Shown piece by piece: positions 14,447 to 23,703 of a stretch of 25,768 bases of DNA; the first letter of the stretch is position 1, and the number at the start of each line of letters is the position of its first letter. The translations under genes were made by a program, and so were the position numbers. This DNA comes from a virus. Its lineage: Duplodnaviria; Caudoviricetes. The notes beneath the pieces were generated by a model. The model saw only the letters and a program-made list of their open reading frames with translations. It was not told the origin of the DNA and ran no database searches. The stretch is taken from positions 1-25,768 of the IMG/VR virus record IMGVR_UViG_3300031334_000014. One strand, written 5' to 3'.

Positions 14447-16741
14447 CAGGCTGTAAAGCGTTGTTTTATGCCCATTCTTAGCCGAAACGTGTTGCTTAGA
14501 CACTAGGCCCTTTTCCACCATCTGCGCAAGCGTCTTATCCACATCTGGGCGTCGATGGCTGCGCAAGCGGTTATATATCACGCCTACAGTTTCGCCCGTT
14601 TCGCCTTTTCCCACCGCAATAATGTTGGCAATGCGCGCGGCCAGCGCAAGTTTTGGCGCATCCTTCTGCCGGTCGTTTGCCACGACAAGCCGCATCTTGT
14701 CTTCGACGTCGCGCTTTATGAGCGCATAAGCCCAACGAACGTGCTCAGAGGTGCGCAAGCCGCTTGGGACGGCCAGCACCAATGAAACCTTACTTACCAG
14801 CTCGTAAGCCCCCAGCCAGAGCGCCTCAAGCCCTGTCTGCCCCTTGTGCGATACCGCTTGATCCTCAAACCACTCAAGCGCCGCGTCCAGCATGTCCAGC
14901 GCGTCGTCAGCGGTGGGAACCTTCCGGCGCTTACCATAATACTCAACACGCGCCGCCGCGCTCATGTCGTACTCACCGGCCATGTATATTTGGGCCAAGG
15001 CGTTCTGCATTTTGTCGCTCATGTCCGCCTTGCGAAACCGGCGCTTAGATCTTGGGGCAGTGTCCCGCTCGTTGAATATCAGCGCGCGCCCAATAAAGCC
15101 GTTTGTTGCGCTGTTAAAATCTACAAGCTCGTCAAACGTTACCGGCGTTGTATAGCCGATCAAAGAAAGGAACGGACGCTCCAGCCCGTTGTCCAGATTG
15201 TCCATTGCGTGCGTTACTGCCAACAATCGGTTTTCGTCTCCGTGTCGAGGCGTGTTTTCATCCATGCGCTTTTGTATCTGCGCCGACTCCTTAGATAGGA
15301 TCGCGCGTATATCCTCCTTCATATCTCCAGTCAAAAGCATAAACCCGTCAGCCTTGGAGTACGCGGACATCAGCATCCCGATAACGCCGTCAAGGTATGC
15401 AGCGCCGCCCTTGGCCTGAGCGTTTTTAATCTTTTGCAAAAATATCCCGATTTCATCCACAATATAAAAAGCCGCTTGATGCCGGACTAGGTTACGGGTG
15501 ATTTCCTGTTCCGATTTGATGGCACCATGGGTTGCCGGGGCGATTCCCGCCGCGCGGTGGATCTCCGCCTGCGCCTGCTGAACCGCTTCCTTGCCTGTCC
15601 TGGACCCGGCCACGCAAAACATAAATGTGTTGCAGGTCACGCCGTCCTTATCATCGGTGTAGCGCAGCCCGGCAACATTGCCTAAGCCAGACAAGGCGGC
15701 AGCAACGGCAAGGTTTTCGCGCGGCCTGCGCGACTGCCCCTCGATCCAGCGCGCAAGCTCGCCGGTGAACCCCGGCGGCGCCTTTAGGTCAACGCCGGAT
15801 ATATCAAATGGCAAACCGTCTGCCCGTTGCTGAACTTCTTCATATTCAGGAAAAGACGCCGTTTCATCCGGCGTAAATTCTACTGGCATTTTCCATCCGC
15901 CCTGCTCGGCATAATGAATAAGCGTGCCGATTGTGACGGGGTTTGCAGACCGGCCAAAGCTGTGCCAGTGGCTATCAAGGCCTTGGCCTTTGCTTGGGTA
16001 CTTAGTGCCATTTTGCGACCACGCGTCCCAAGCATCAAACGCGGTGCCGTCGCTGGCCTCGTGCATTGCCATGCCGCACCTGATCCATGTCTCATAATCG
16101 CAGTCAGGATCAATATGGGCCAGCATTTCCGCAAGATCTTTGTGTGACACGTCAACGGCTCGGCCTTCATATTCGGCCCTGTGCCTTTCGGGTTTGCGCA
16201 AGAGATCCACCAGCGCCGCCGGGGCTTCCTCAATGTCGTCTGGCGTTCCGTGCCAAGTGTATTTTTTGCCAGTCGCATGAATAGACCCCGGGCCGATTAC
16301 ATAGCCGCTGGATTTGAAGTCGCAGCCGGGATAATCAGCATGGTGTGATACCAGCGCCACACCTTCTGGCGCGCGGAAATACAGGTGGCGAGATCCGCCT
16401 CCGCTGCCTGTTTCAACAATCAACCCCGCGCCGGATATTTCAGGGATGGCCTCCACCAGCTTGGCAAAGCTGTCCACGCCGCCATTGCGCGCGTCAACGT
16501 CCACCACGATTAGGCTGTTGCACAGGACGCCATATCCGGTAGCGAACTGGTCACTGTCAGCCATTGCGTCAATCTGCTCTTCGGACCAGTGCGGTGTGTG
16601 CTGCCAGTTAGATATGCGCGGATGTTTCATCAGCGAGGCTGGCGGGCAATGCTCCCATCCGCAAGCGCAAGCGCCGTTTTTATCCGCACCATAGATACCG
16701 AAAACGCGCAGCCCACACTCCCAGAATTTGCGGTATATCAT
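14438..16741 (-). CDS. Primase/replication protein: Prim-Pol + PriCT-2 + C-terminal P-loop domain (T1-like)
   Basis: KHP, VVDVD, TGSGGG.RHLYF (AEP Prim-Pol); IDPD.DYE.WI..GMA.H (PriCT-2); AGSRTGKE and DEIG in the C-terminal domain; winged-helix-like end. Confidence 0.9.
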   Translation of the reverse strand: MIYRKFWECGLRVFGIYGADKNGACACGWEHCPPASLMKHPRISNWQHTPHWSEEQIDAMADSDQFATGYGVLCNSLIVVDVDARNGGVDSFAKLVEAIPEISGAGLIVETGSGGGSRHLYFRAPEGVALVSHHADYPGCDFKSSGYVIGPGSIHATGKKYTWHGTPDDIEEAPAALVDLLRKPERHRAEYEGRAVDVSHKDLAEMLAHIDPDCDYETWIRCGMAMHEASDGTAFDAWDAWSQNGTKYPSKGQGLDSHWHSFGRSANPVTIGTLIHYAEQGGWKMPVEFTPDETASFPEYEEVQQRADGLPFDISGVDLKAPPGFTGELARWIEGQSRRPRENLAVAAALSGLGNVAGLRYTDDKDGVTCNTFMFCVAGSRTGKEAVQQAQAEIHRAAGIAPATHGAIKSEQEITRNLVRHQAAFYIVDEIGIFLQKIKNAQAKGGAAYLDGVIGMLMSAYSKADGFMLLTGDMKEDIRAILSKESAQIQKRMDENTPRHGDENRLLAVTHAMDNLDNGLERPFLSLIGYTTPVTFDELVDFNSATNGFIGRALIFNERDTAPRSKRRFRKADMSDKMQNALAQIYMAGEYDMSAAARVEYYGKRRKVPTADDALDMLDAALEWFEDQAVSHKGQTGLEALWLGAYELVSKVSLVLAVPSGLRTSEHVRWAYALIKRDVEDKMRLVVANDRQKDAPKLALAARIANIIAVGKGETGETVGVIYNRLRSHRRPDVDKTLAQMVEKGLVSKQHVSAKNGHKTTLYSLNG

Positions 16742-16920
16742 GGCGCAGAGCCTCCCGGCGCGCTGAGATACTCGGTCAGCTTTCGCATGGTTTCCCAGGA
16801 CGGGTTGGTCGTTTTTCCACTGCGCAAATGCGCAATCGTGTTGCGGTGTATGCCAGTGGCATCGGCTACTGCGTCAATGCGGCGATCCTGAAGCGCACCA
16901 CGAATTTGCTCTGGTGTCAT
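16738..16920 (-). CDS. Cro/XRE-family HTH regulator
   Basis: VADATGIHRNTIAHLRSGKTTNPSWET..KL..YL; AAGGA RBS; coupled to the primase gene. Confidence 0.85.
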   Translation of the reverse strand: MTPEQIRGALQDRRIDAVADATGIHRNTIAHLRSGKTTNPSWETMRKLTEYLSAPGGSAP

Positions 16921-16948
16921 TGCTGTTTTCCTTACCTGTAAATTCTAT

Positions 16949-16981
16949 TTGACAATGCGCTAATGCACGGTGTAATGTCAA
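16949..16981. promoter_or_regulatory. Overlapping divergent promoters
   Basis: Plus TTGACA(16949)-N18-TAATGT; minus TTGACA(16981)-N18-CATTGT; lies between the two divergent operons. Confidence 0.65.
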
Positions 16982-17041
16982 GAGGCAGGTTGTAGAGCGT
17001 GACCCTGCCACGCAAGGCCAATGAGCCGAAAGGAACTGATT

Positions 17042-17863
17042 ATGAGCTTGATGGAAACCGTCAGCACACCGCAGGATCGACCAGTGATGGTGACGATTTG
17101 CGGCGATAGCGGACTGGGGAAAACGTCTCTAGCCGCGACATTCCCAAAACCTATTTTCATTCGGGCAGAAGACGGGATGCAGTCAATCCCCGCCGCGCAC
17201 CGACCTGACGCGTTTCCGGTTGTGCATGATGTAGACGGTCTGTGGGCCCAGCTAAAAGCCGTTATTCACGAGCCGCACGAGTATAAAACTTTGGTTGTGG
17301 ATAGCGTCACCGCACTTGAGCGCCTTTTTGGCGAAGACGTGCTGCGAAAAGACGGCAAGGCCAAGTCACTGAATCAAGCGAACGGCGGCTATGGTGCAGG
17401 ATTTGCGGCGGTCGGCACGATGCACCGGCGTGTCTTGAAGGCGGCGCAGCTATGCGTTGAAAAGCGCGAAATGCACGTTGTCTTTGTTGCACACGCCGAT
17501 ACCGAAACAATGAAATCCCCAGATGTTGATGATTACATGCGATATTCTCTGCGTCTGAATCAAAAGTATAGCATCGCGCCTTATGTGGACGATGTGGATA
17601 TTGTCGGGTTCCTGCGCCTTGAGACGTTCCTGCGCGGCGAAGACGGCGACCGGAAAAAAGCCATCAGCAGCGGGGATCGTGAACTGATTACTCACGCGAC
17701 CGCAACGGCTGTGAGCAAAAACCGCTTTGGCATAACTGATCCGCTGCCTGTAACGGCGGGAATCAACCCGCTGCGTGGCCTTGTGCCGGGCTTTGGCAAG
17801 GCAAGGAGAACAGAAGTACCCGCAAAAGATGAAGCGGCAACCGAAGAAAAGGAAACAGCATGA
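17042..17863 (+). CDS. AAA_24 / Sak4-like ATPase (recombination)
   Basis: GDSGLGKTS, YKTLVVDS, FVAH, AVSKNRF motifs; start re-called at ATG 17042 after AAGGA. Confidence 0.85.
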   Translation: MSLMETVSTPQDRPVMVTICGDSGLGKTSLAATFPKPIFIRAEDGMQSIPAAHRPDAFPVVHDVDGLWAQLKAVIHEPHEYKTLVVDSVTALERLFGEDVLRKDGKAKSLNQANGGYGAGFAAVGTMHRRVLKAAQLCVEKREMHVVFVAHADTETMKSPDVDDYMRYSLRLNQKYSIAPYVDDVDIVGFLRLETFLRGEDGDRKKAISSGDRELITHATATAVSKNRFGITDPLPVTAGINPLRGLVPGFGKARRTEVPAKDEAATEEKETA

Positions 17864-18441
17864 GCTTTTGGGATTTAGGAGACGGGTCTAGCGCCGCAGA
17901 CAACCCCGATAAGGAATACGAAATCCCCGGCGGCGGTGATATGACGCCGATTCCCGGCGGGTCAAGCGTTCTAGCATTGATCGACGAGGCTAAGTGGGAT
18001 CAGCGCAACGAGGCAGAATACATCAATCTGCGCTGGTCAATCATGGCGCCGGATGAATACAAAAACCGCAAGGTGTTTCAAAAGCTGTGGGTGACTGACG
18101 ACGATCCAAACGCCAAAGACGCTGACAAGGCTGCTAAGAAGCGCGACAAGGCGAAGCGTATGCTGGCGGCGATTGATGCCAACGCGGGCGGGAAGTTGGG
18201 CAAGAAAGGCGAAATGCCGACCGACGATAGCCTTACAATGTGCCTGACAAACAAGCCGATGATTATTTCTCTGCAAGTCTGGTCCATGCCGGACCGTGAA
18301 CAACCTGGCGAAAAGATCGAAGGAAATTGGGTTTCGGCAGTAGCGCCAAAATCAAAAGGCGTTGATGTGAAGGCCGCGCCCGCGCCAAAGCCGAAAGCGG
18401 CGCCGCTTGCTGGTGATCTTGACGACGAAATTCCTTTCTAA
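17860..18441 (+). CDS. Single-stranded DNA-binding protein (DUF669-like)
   Basis: Acidic DDEIPF C-terminal tail, EYKNRKVFQKL motif; between the AAA ATPase and the exonuclease. Confidence 0.8.
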   Translation: MSFWDLGDGSSAADNPDKEYEIPGGGDMTPIPGGSSVLALIDEAKWDQRNEAEYINLRWSIMAPDEYKNRKVFQKLWVTDDDPNAKDADKAAKKRDKAKRMLAAIDANAGGKLGKKGEMPTDDSLTMCLTNKPMIISLQVWSMPDREQPGEKIEGNWVSAVAPKSKGVDVKAAPAPKPKAAPLAGDLDDEIPF

Positions 18442-18448
18442 ACAAGCC

Positions 18449-18474
18449 AACGGCGGGGTTAGCGCCCCGCCGTT
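18449..18474 (+). terminator. Perfect 10-bp hairpin after ssb (weak terminator or processing site)
   Basis: AACGGCGGGG-TTAGCG-CCCCGCCGTT with only a short U tract. Confidence 0.5.
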
Positions 18475-18502
18475 CACACCGCAAACACATGAGGGGATAG
18501 AC

Positions 18503-19366
18503 ATGGAACAGCGTAGCAAGGAATGGTTTGAGGCGCGTCGAGCAAAAATTACTGCAAGCGCTGTTGGCGGGATACTTGGCAACAGCCCATATCAAAAGCG
18601 GGCCGACGTGCTGCGCCGCATGGTGCGCGAATATCACCGCGCCGAATCAGAATTTAGCGGAAACATAGCAACCGAATACGGCACCCGAAACGAAGATGGC
18701 GCGCTGGTCGAGTTTGAAATGGAAACCGGACTGACTGTTCAGGCGGTTGGATTTATCACACGCGAGGATTGGGCGGGATGCAGCCCGGACGGCTTGTTGA
18801 GCGACCACGCGGGGCTTGAGATTAAATGCCCATTCGGCAAGCGTAAGGATGAAACGCCAGCGTTCAAAACGCTGCGCGAGCAGCCCCACTACTACGATCA
18901 AGTGCAGTTTTCGCTTTGGGTGACCGACCGCATGGCGTGGTTGTTTTATCAATGGGCGCCCGGCGGGGCCGTACTGGAAACGGTATCTGTCGATCGGGCA
19001 TGGCAAGACGAAAACCTGCCGAAGCTACGCCAGTTCTATGCTGAGTATCTGGACGCGGTAAAGGTGCCGGACGACTACCTTGAGCCGCTGCGCGTTGAGG
19101 TTGATACGTTTGAGGCGCAGCGCATTGTTGCTGAATACGACCAGCTTAGTGAGGCGATTGACAACGCCACGTCGCGCAAGAAAGAACTGCTGGCAGAAAT
19201 GGTGCGCCTAGCGGGTGATCGAGACGCAATCTTTGGTGGGCGCAAGCTCACGCTAGTAAAGCGCGTCGGATCCGTGTCCTATGCCAAGGCCATTGCCAAA
19301 TATGCGCCCGGTGCGGATCTTGAGCCGTTTCGCGGAAAGGCAAGCGAGGGGTGGAAGTTGTCGTGA
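18503..19366 (+). CDS. YqaJ / lambda-exonuclease family nuclease
   Basis: QRS.EW...R...ITAS, G..NE, SPDG, LEIKCP, YY.QVQ motifs; start re-called at ATG 18503 (GAGGGG). Confidence 0.92.
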   Translation: MEQRSKEWFEARRAKITASAVGGILGNSPYQKRADVLRRMVREYHRAESEFSGNIATEYGTRNEDGALVEFEMETGLTVQAVGFITREDWAGCSPDGLLSDHAGLEIKCPFGKRKDETPAFKTLREQPHYYDQVQFSLWVTDRMAWLFYQWAPGGAVLETVSVDRAWQDENLPKLRQFYAEYLDAVKVPDDYLEPLRVEVDTFEAQRIVAEYDQLSEAIDNATSRKKELLAEMVRLAGDRDAIFGGRKLTLVKRVGSVSYAKAIAKYAPGADLEPFRGKASEGWKLS

Positions 19367-19905
19367 TGGGAACCGTTCTGTATCGGGCGTTTAGCGCCGA
19401 AAATGAATTATTGTATGTCGGGATATCTTTGCGGGGTGCGCAAAGAATGAAAGAACACGAAAAACTTTCGGGTTGGTTCAGCGATGTTTCCCGCGTTGAT
19501 CTTGAATGGTTTGAAACAAGGCAATCAGCTTTAGTCGCAGAGCGTGAAGCAATAATTGCCGATGGCCCGATATACAACACGCACCACAACGGGAAGAAAT
19601 CAAACCATGAAACTCAGTCGGATGATTTTGAAAAAGACGAGATATCGTTTGACGTGTCCGGCGAGATGGTTGGGTTTAGCAGGCAGAAACTAAGGCCTCT
19701 ATACAAGCTATCTGAAGTCGCTGACCTTCTTTCAGTCAGCACACAAACGGTAAGAGACTGGATCAACAATGGTTCAATAGGGTTCATTGAGTTGTCAAGC
19801 CATTGGCGTCATGTGCGAGGTCACGAGGAAAAAAGGAAGGTCGTGGATTATAGAATATCAGGTTGGCAGATACTTGATTTCATAGACAGCTTGGGAGGGC
19901 GATAA
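19366..19905 (+). CDS. GIY-YIG-like nuclease domain fused to an excisionase/MerR-like HTH
   Basis: LYR...LLYVGIS....R..EH...E..AI....P.YN, then LY.L.EVADLL.VS..TVR.WI..G.I; TGATG coupling. Confidence 0.75.
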   Translation: MGTVLYRAFSAENELLYVGISLRGAQRMKEHEKLSGWFSDVSRVDLEWFETRQSALVAEREAIIADGPIYNTHHNGKKSNHETQSDDFEKDEISFDVSGEMVGFSRQKLRPLYKLSEVADLLSVSTQTVRDWINNGSIGFIELSSHWRHVRGHEEKRKVVDYRISGWQILDFIDSLGGR

Positions 19906-19906
19906 T

Positions 19907-21718
19907 ATGAAACTACGCCCGTATCAGCAGACCGCCCATGATGCCGCCGTTCGATATATGGGGTTGAGCACTGATCCGTTTTGCATCGTGGCGGCAACCG
20001 GAGCGGGGAAAAGCCTCATTATCGCCGCACTGGCTGACACAATCCACGCCAAGACAGGCAAGCGGATATTGTGCCTAGCGCCCAGCGCGGAGCTGGTGGT
20101 TCAGAACGCTGAGAAGTTTTTGGCAACGGGCAGCCCCGCCAGCATTTACAGCGCCAGCGCTGGGGGGCGATGCTTGCGCCATAAGGTTGTTTTCGCCAGC
20201 CCGCTGACGGTTAAAAACCGCATCAGCGCGTTTCAAAAGCACGGTGATAATGGGTATGCTCTGATTTTCCTGGATGAATGCCATCAGATCACGCCGACAA
20301 TCAAAGGTATAATTGAGGCAATCCGCATGGCAAACCCAAACGTGCGAGTGTGCGGCCTGACTGCCACGCCATACCGGCTGGGCGGTGGGTATATTTTTGC
20401 CAAGTGGCCGGACGGGAAAGCTAACGGCGAAAAGTCTTGCCGCACACCATACTTTACACAATGCGTTGATGAAATCGGCGCGCGCGCGCTGATAGATATG
20501 GGTTATCTAACGCCTCCGGTTATCGGCAAAATCAACGCCGATGGATACGACACCGGCGGGCTTGTGGCAAATCGCATGGGCAATTTTGACGCAGCCGCGG
20601 TGGATCAGGCATATCACGGCCACGGGCGGAAAACGGCTGCCATTGTGGCTGATATTGTGGCGCAATCGCGCAACCGCGCCGGGGTGCTTATTTTCGCCGC
20701 GACAGTGCAACACGCGCATGAGGTTATGGCGAGCCTGCCGCCTGAGTATTCCGCCATTGTAACGGGCGAAACGCCGCGCCGTGAGCGTGAACGGATGCTG
20801 CGTGACTTCAAGGCGCGCAAGCTGAAATACATGGTCAACGTATCGGTTTTGACTGTCGGGTTTGACGCCCCTCATGTTGATGTGGTGGCGATCCTGCGAA
20901 AGACGGAGAGCGTTGGTTTACTACAGCAGATCGTCGGGCGCGGCCTTCGCCTTGATGGCGGAAAGGACGATTGCTTGGTCCTCGATTACACTACCAATCT
21001 TGACGACCACTGCCCCGACGGTGATTTGTTTTCGCCAGTTATTCGTGCCGGTGTTGCGCCAAAAGAAGGCGGCGATGTTGAAGTGATATGCCCGGAATGC
21101 GGGACCATAAATGAGGTCAGCATGAATGGCGAATACGAGGACTACGAACATGACGAGGCCGGGTATATTCTGGACCTTGAAGGCGAACAAGTGCAGTCTG
21201 AACATGGCCCCATTGCCATGCACTACGGGCGGCGCTGCATGGGCCTTACGCCAGTAGGCGCACAAGGAAAGCACGAGAGGTGCGATTATCGCTGGACCAG
21301 CAAGGAATGCCCACACTGCGAAGCGCCGAACGATATTGCGGCGCGATATTGCGCCGAGTGCAAAGGGGAAATCGTCGATCCGAATGAAAAGCTTCATGCG
21401 GACTTCAAGGCGCTAAAGCGAGATCCGACCAAACCCCAAACGGATGATGTTGTGCGCATGGAGTGCGTGCCAGGCGTGTCTCGCGCTGGCAACAAAACAA
21501 TGCGAGTGGAGTTTGTCACTAAGTGGCGGCAGTTCACAATATGGCTCATGCCAGATGGAACGCACACCCGCGCTATGCGTGATTGGCGCATGTTTGCGGA
21601 TGCAACGAATGACGGTGAAGCCTCGCCGCGCACCGTGTCATATTCCAAGGATGCGGAAAGCGGGTTTTTCAGAGTGCTAGGGTATGATCGCGCGCCAGAT
21701 ATGGAGCCGGAAACATGA
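19907..21718 (+). CDS. SF2 DEAH-type helicase with zinc-finger C-terminus (RadD/YejH-, T1-like)
   Basis: LRPYQ, ATGAGKS, DECH, TATP, LTVGFD.P, QIVGRGLR; several CxxC pairs. Confidence 0.92.
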   Translation: MKLRPYQQTAHDAAVRYMGLSTDPFCIVAATGAGKSLIIAALADTIHAKTGKRILCLAPSAELVVQNAEKFLATGSPASIYSASAGGRCLRHKVVFASPLTVKNRISAFQKHGDNGYALIFLDECHQITPTIKGIIEAIRMANPNVRVCGLTATPYRLGGGYIFAKWPDGKANGEKSCRTPYFTQCVDEIGARALIDMGYLTPPVIGKINADGYDTGGLVANRMGNFDAAAVDQAYHGHGRKTAAIVADIVAQSRNRAGVLIFAATVQHAHEVMASLPPEYSAIVTGETPRRERERMLRDFKARKLKYMVNVSVLTVGFDAPHVDVVAILRKTESVGLLQQIVGRGLRLDGGKDDCLVLDYTTNLDDHCPDGDLFSPVIRAGVAPKEGGDVEVICPECGTINEVSMNGEYEDYEHDEAGYILDLEGEQVQSEHGPIAMHYGRRCMGLTPVGAQGKHERCDYRWTSKECPHCEAPNDIAARYCAECKGEIVDPNEKLHADFKALKRDPTKPQTDDVVRMECVPGVSRAGNKTMRVEFVTKWRQFTIWLMPDGTHTRAMRDWRMFADATNDGEASPRTVSYSKDAESGFFRVLGYDRAPDMEPET

Positions 21719-22146
21719 AATTTGGCCAAGCAGAAACGGCTGGGATTTTGATCTATGGTGACAGACTATATCGCGGGAAGTGCGCAGTCGAAAGCATGGA
21801 GCAGGTGACGCTTTTTAACTGGCTGCGCCGCGAATACCCGGAAACTCTGGGCGCTCTTGCCGTTCATCCCCGCAATGAGGGGCAGCTTAGGGGCGGTCAG
21901 TTCCATGCGATGCAGAAGGTTAAGGCTGAGGGAATGACGCCGGGGGCCAGTGATATTATTATACCGGGCGCGCCAGCGTTTGTTTGTGAAGTGAAGCGGC
22001 GCGACCACACAAAAAGCGCATGGCAGGATGGGCAGATTGACTATCTGCGGGCATCGGCGCGGGCTGGATGCTTTGTCTGCATTGCCTTGGGGCATGAGGC
22101 GGCGAAGCAGGCAGTGCAAGACTGGCTGGCGCTCCATGTGGCCTGA
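21715..22146 (+). CDS. VRR-NUC / PD-(D/E)XK nuclease (putative resolvase)
   Basis: E..EQ, H.RNEG, K.EG..PG.SD, EVK, Q..YL motifs. Confidence 0.85.
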   Translation: MKFGQAETAGILIYGDRLYRGKCAVESMEQVTLFNWLRREYPETLGALAVHPRNEGQLRGGQFHAMQKVKAEGMTPGASDIIIPGAPAFVCEVKRRDHTKSAWQDGQIDYLRASARAGCFVCIALGHEAAKQAVQDWLALHVA

Positions 22147-22378
22147 TAGCGTGGCCCGCCCATCAAAGCAGCTTGAAGATGTTTTGCGCGGCGCTGTGCG
22201 AATGAAAGACGCGCCAGAGGCCGTTCAGAGCTGGGCAAGATTTGCGATATATCAGGGCGCGAACGAAGTCCTAGCTATTGATGGTAAGGGAAACCGGCGA
22301 AACGCTATTGCAAAAGCCCCCGCAAGCATCCGGCCTTACCTTGAGTCAGAAATTTTAAGGCTGCATCGTATGAAATAA
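22136..22378 (+). CDS. Hypothetical protein
   Basis: Open frame filling the gap after the nuclease gene; start uncertain. Confidence 0.6.
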   Translation: MWPDSVARPSKQLEDVLRGAVRMKDAPEAVQSWARFAIYQGANEVLAIDGKGNRRNAIAKAPASIRPYLESEILRLHRMK

Positions 22379-22381
22379 CAC

Positions 22382-22411
22382 TTGACCGTGCGCCCGCGCA
22401 TATGCCATTGT
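22382..22411 (+). promoter_or_regulatory. Putative promoter for the accessory gene cluster
   Basis: TTGACC-N18-CATTGT, the same layout as the leftward promoter at 16981. Confidence 0.5.
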
Positions 22412-22443
22412 TTATTTAACGAACCGCAACTCGGAGAAAACCA

Positions 22444-22797
22444 ATGAACATAGCCAAACCCCTCACCGCCCTAATCGCCATCGCTGCCCTTGCTGGATGC
22501 GCCTCGCAGCCTGACCAGATTGCCGCCTCATATGTCAGCCCTACCGCTTATCAGGGCATGTCGTGCGGAACGCTGAACGCCGAGGCACAGCGGGTCAATG
22601 CCCAGCTAGTGCAGACTACCGGGCAGCAGCAGACAGCCGCGAACAGTGACGTAGCAATGACTGCCGTAGCGCTTGTTCTGTTCTGGCCAGCCGCGTTTTT
22701 CATCGCCGGTCAAGATAGCTCTGCCGAATTGGCGCGCCTCAAGGGTGAAGCCAAGGGCATCCAGGCCGCTGCGATCCGCGCCGGGTGCAAGGCATGA
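22444..22797 (+). CDS. Lipoprotein, unknown function
   Basis: Lipobox LAGC, YVSP..Y...SC..L motif, hydrophobic LVLFWPAAFFI segment; GGAGA RBS. Confidence 0.85.
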   Translation: MNIAKPLTALIAIAALAGCASQPDQIAASYVSPTAYQGMSCGTLNAEAQRVNAQLVQTTGQQQTAANSDVAMTAVALVLFWPAAFFIAGQDSSAELARLKGEAKGIQAAAIRAGCKA

Positions 22798-22997
22798 CCA
22801 AAATAGACACCGACGATCTGCAGCGGATGATCCTGCTGCTCGACGCGGCAGACGAGGCACTTACCGCCGCCGCCGATCTGGAAAAGCGCAACGAGGCCGG
22901 GAAGCCATTGCGATCCATCACTGCGCAAGAGCGCGCTAAGGCAACGCGCAGGTTTGTCGCCAAAATGGCGTCAAAATACAACGTCTCAGTCGATTAA
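22794..22997 (+). CDS. Hypothetical protein
   Basis: ATGA overlap start (MTKIDTDDL...). Confidence 0.6.
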   Translation: MTKIDTDDLQRMILLLDAADEALTAAADLEKRNEAGKPLRSITAQERAKATRRFVAKMASKYNVSVD

Positions 22998-23008
22998 GGA
23001 GCACCACC

Positions 23009-23338
23009 ATGACCCACCTCATCACCGCCCCGTATTTCCAGACCGTTGCCGACAACGGCGCCCTGGGCCTCGCCAACGCCTGCGACCCTGCCACATTCAT
23101 CACCGCTTGCGATGCGCTGGCTGCATGCATGCACGAGGGCCTGGAAGCGTTTGTTTGGCAAATCCACCCGCCCACAGCCACCCAAGCGCCCATGGCGTTC
23201 GACGTGACAGCCACCGCGACCGCATATGTCCGGTTCTGGAATAAAGGCGCACCGATCACGCCCGAGGAACGCGCCGAAACCATCAGTGACCCCACCGACA
23301 GCGCATATGACACGCGCAAAGAGGAGTACGCGGCATGA
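23009..23338 (+). CDS. Hypothetical protein
   Basis: Strong AAGGAG RBS, 109 aa. Confidence 0.7.
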   Translation: MTHLITAPYFQTVADNGALGLANACDPATFITACDALAACMHEGLEAFVWQIHPPTATQAPMAFDVTATATAYVRFWNKGAPITPEERAETISDPTDSAYDTRKEEYAA

Positions 23339-23703
23339 TTGGCCCCGAACTCATCAACCTCATCCACTGCACGGGCCATGTGTCCGACGAGTGGCGGCAG
23401 AACTTTCACAAGTCGGGCGCAGATGGCGTGGACTACGTGCGCAAGGATTTGCACGACGCCCTGCGCTCTTCACAATCCTACACATACATCGGCGAAGACG
23501 GAAAGCCCCGGCAGGCCCGTGACATGGAGGACGAAATTGACGCCCTACGCGCTGCTTTGAAAAAAGGAGTAAGGGTTCTTGATCGAATCGAAGAGCTGAA
23601 CTTATTGCAGACCGACGAAAATGGTCACAGATGGTGCAACTCTGACTTAATTGGTCAAGAAGTCATGGCCGCCCGCGCCGCCTTAGCGGAAGATGCAGCA
23701 TGA
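23335..23703 (+). CDS. Hypothetical protein
   Basis: GAGGAG RBS, ATGA overlap; YVRKDL and ARAAL motifs typical of variable phage early genes. Confidence 0.7.
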   Translation: MIGPELINLIHCTGHVSDEWRQNFHKSGADGVDYVRKDLHDALRSSQSYTYIGEDGKPRQARDMEDEIDALRAALKKGVRVLDRIEELNLLQTDENGHRWCNSDLIGQEVMAARAALAEDAA

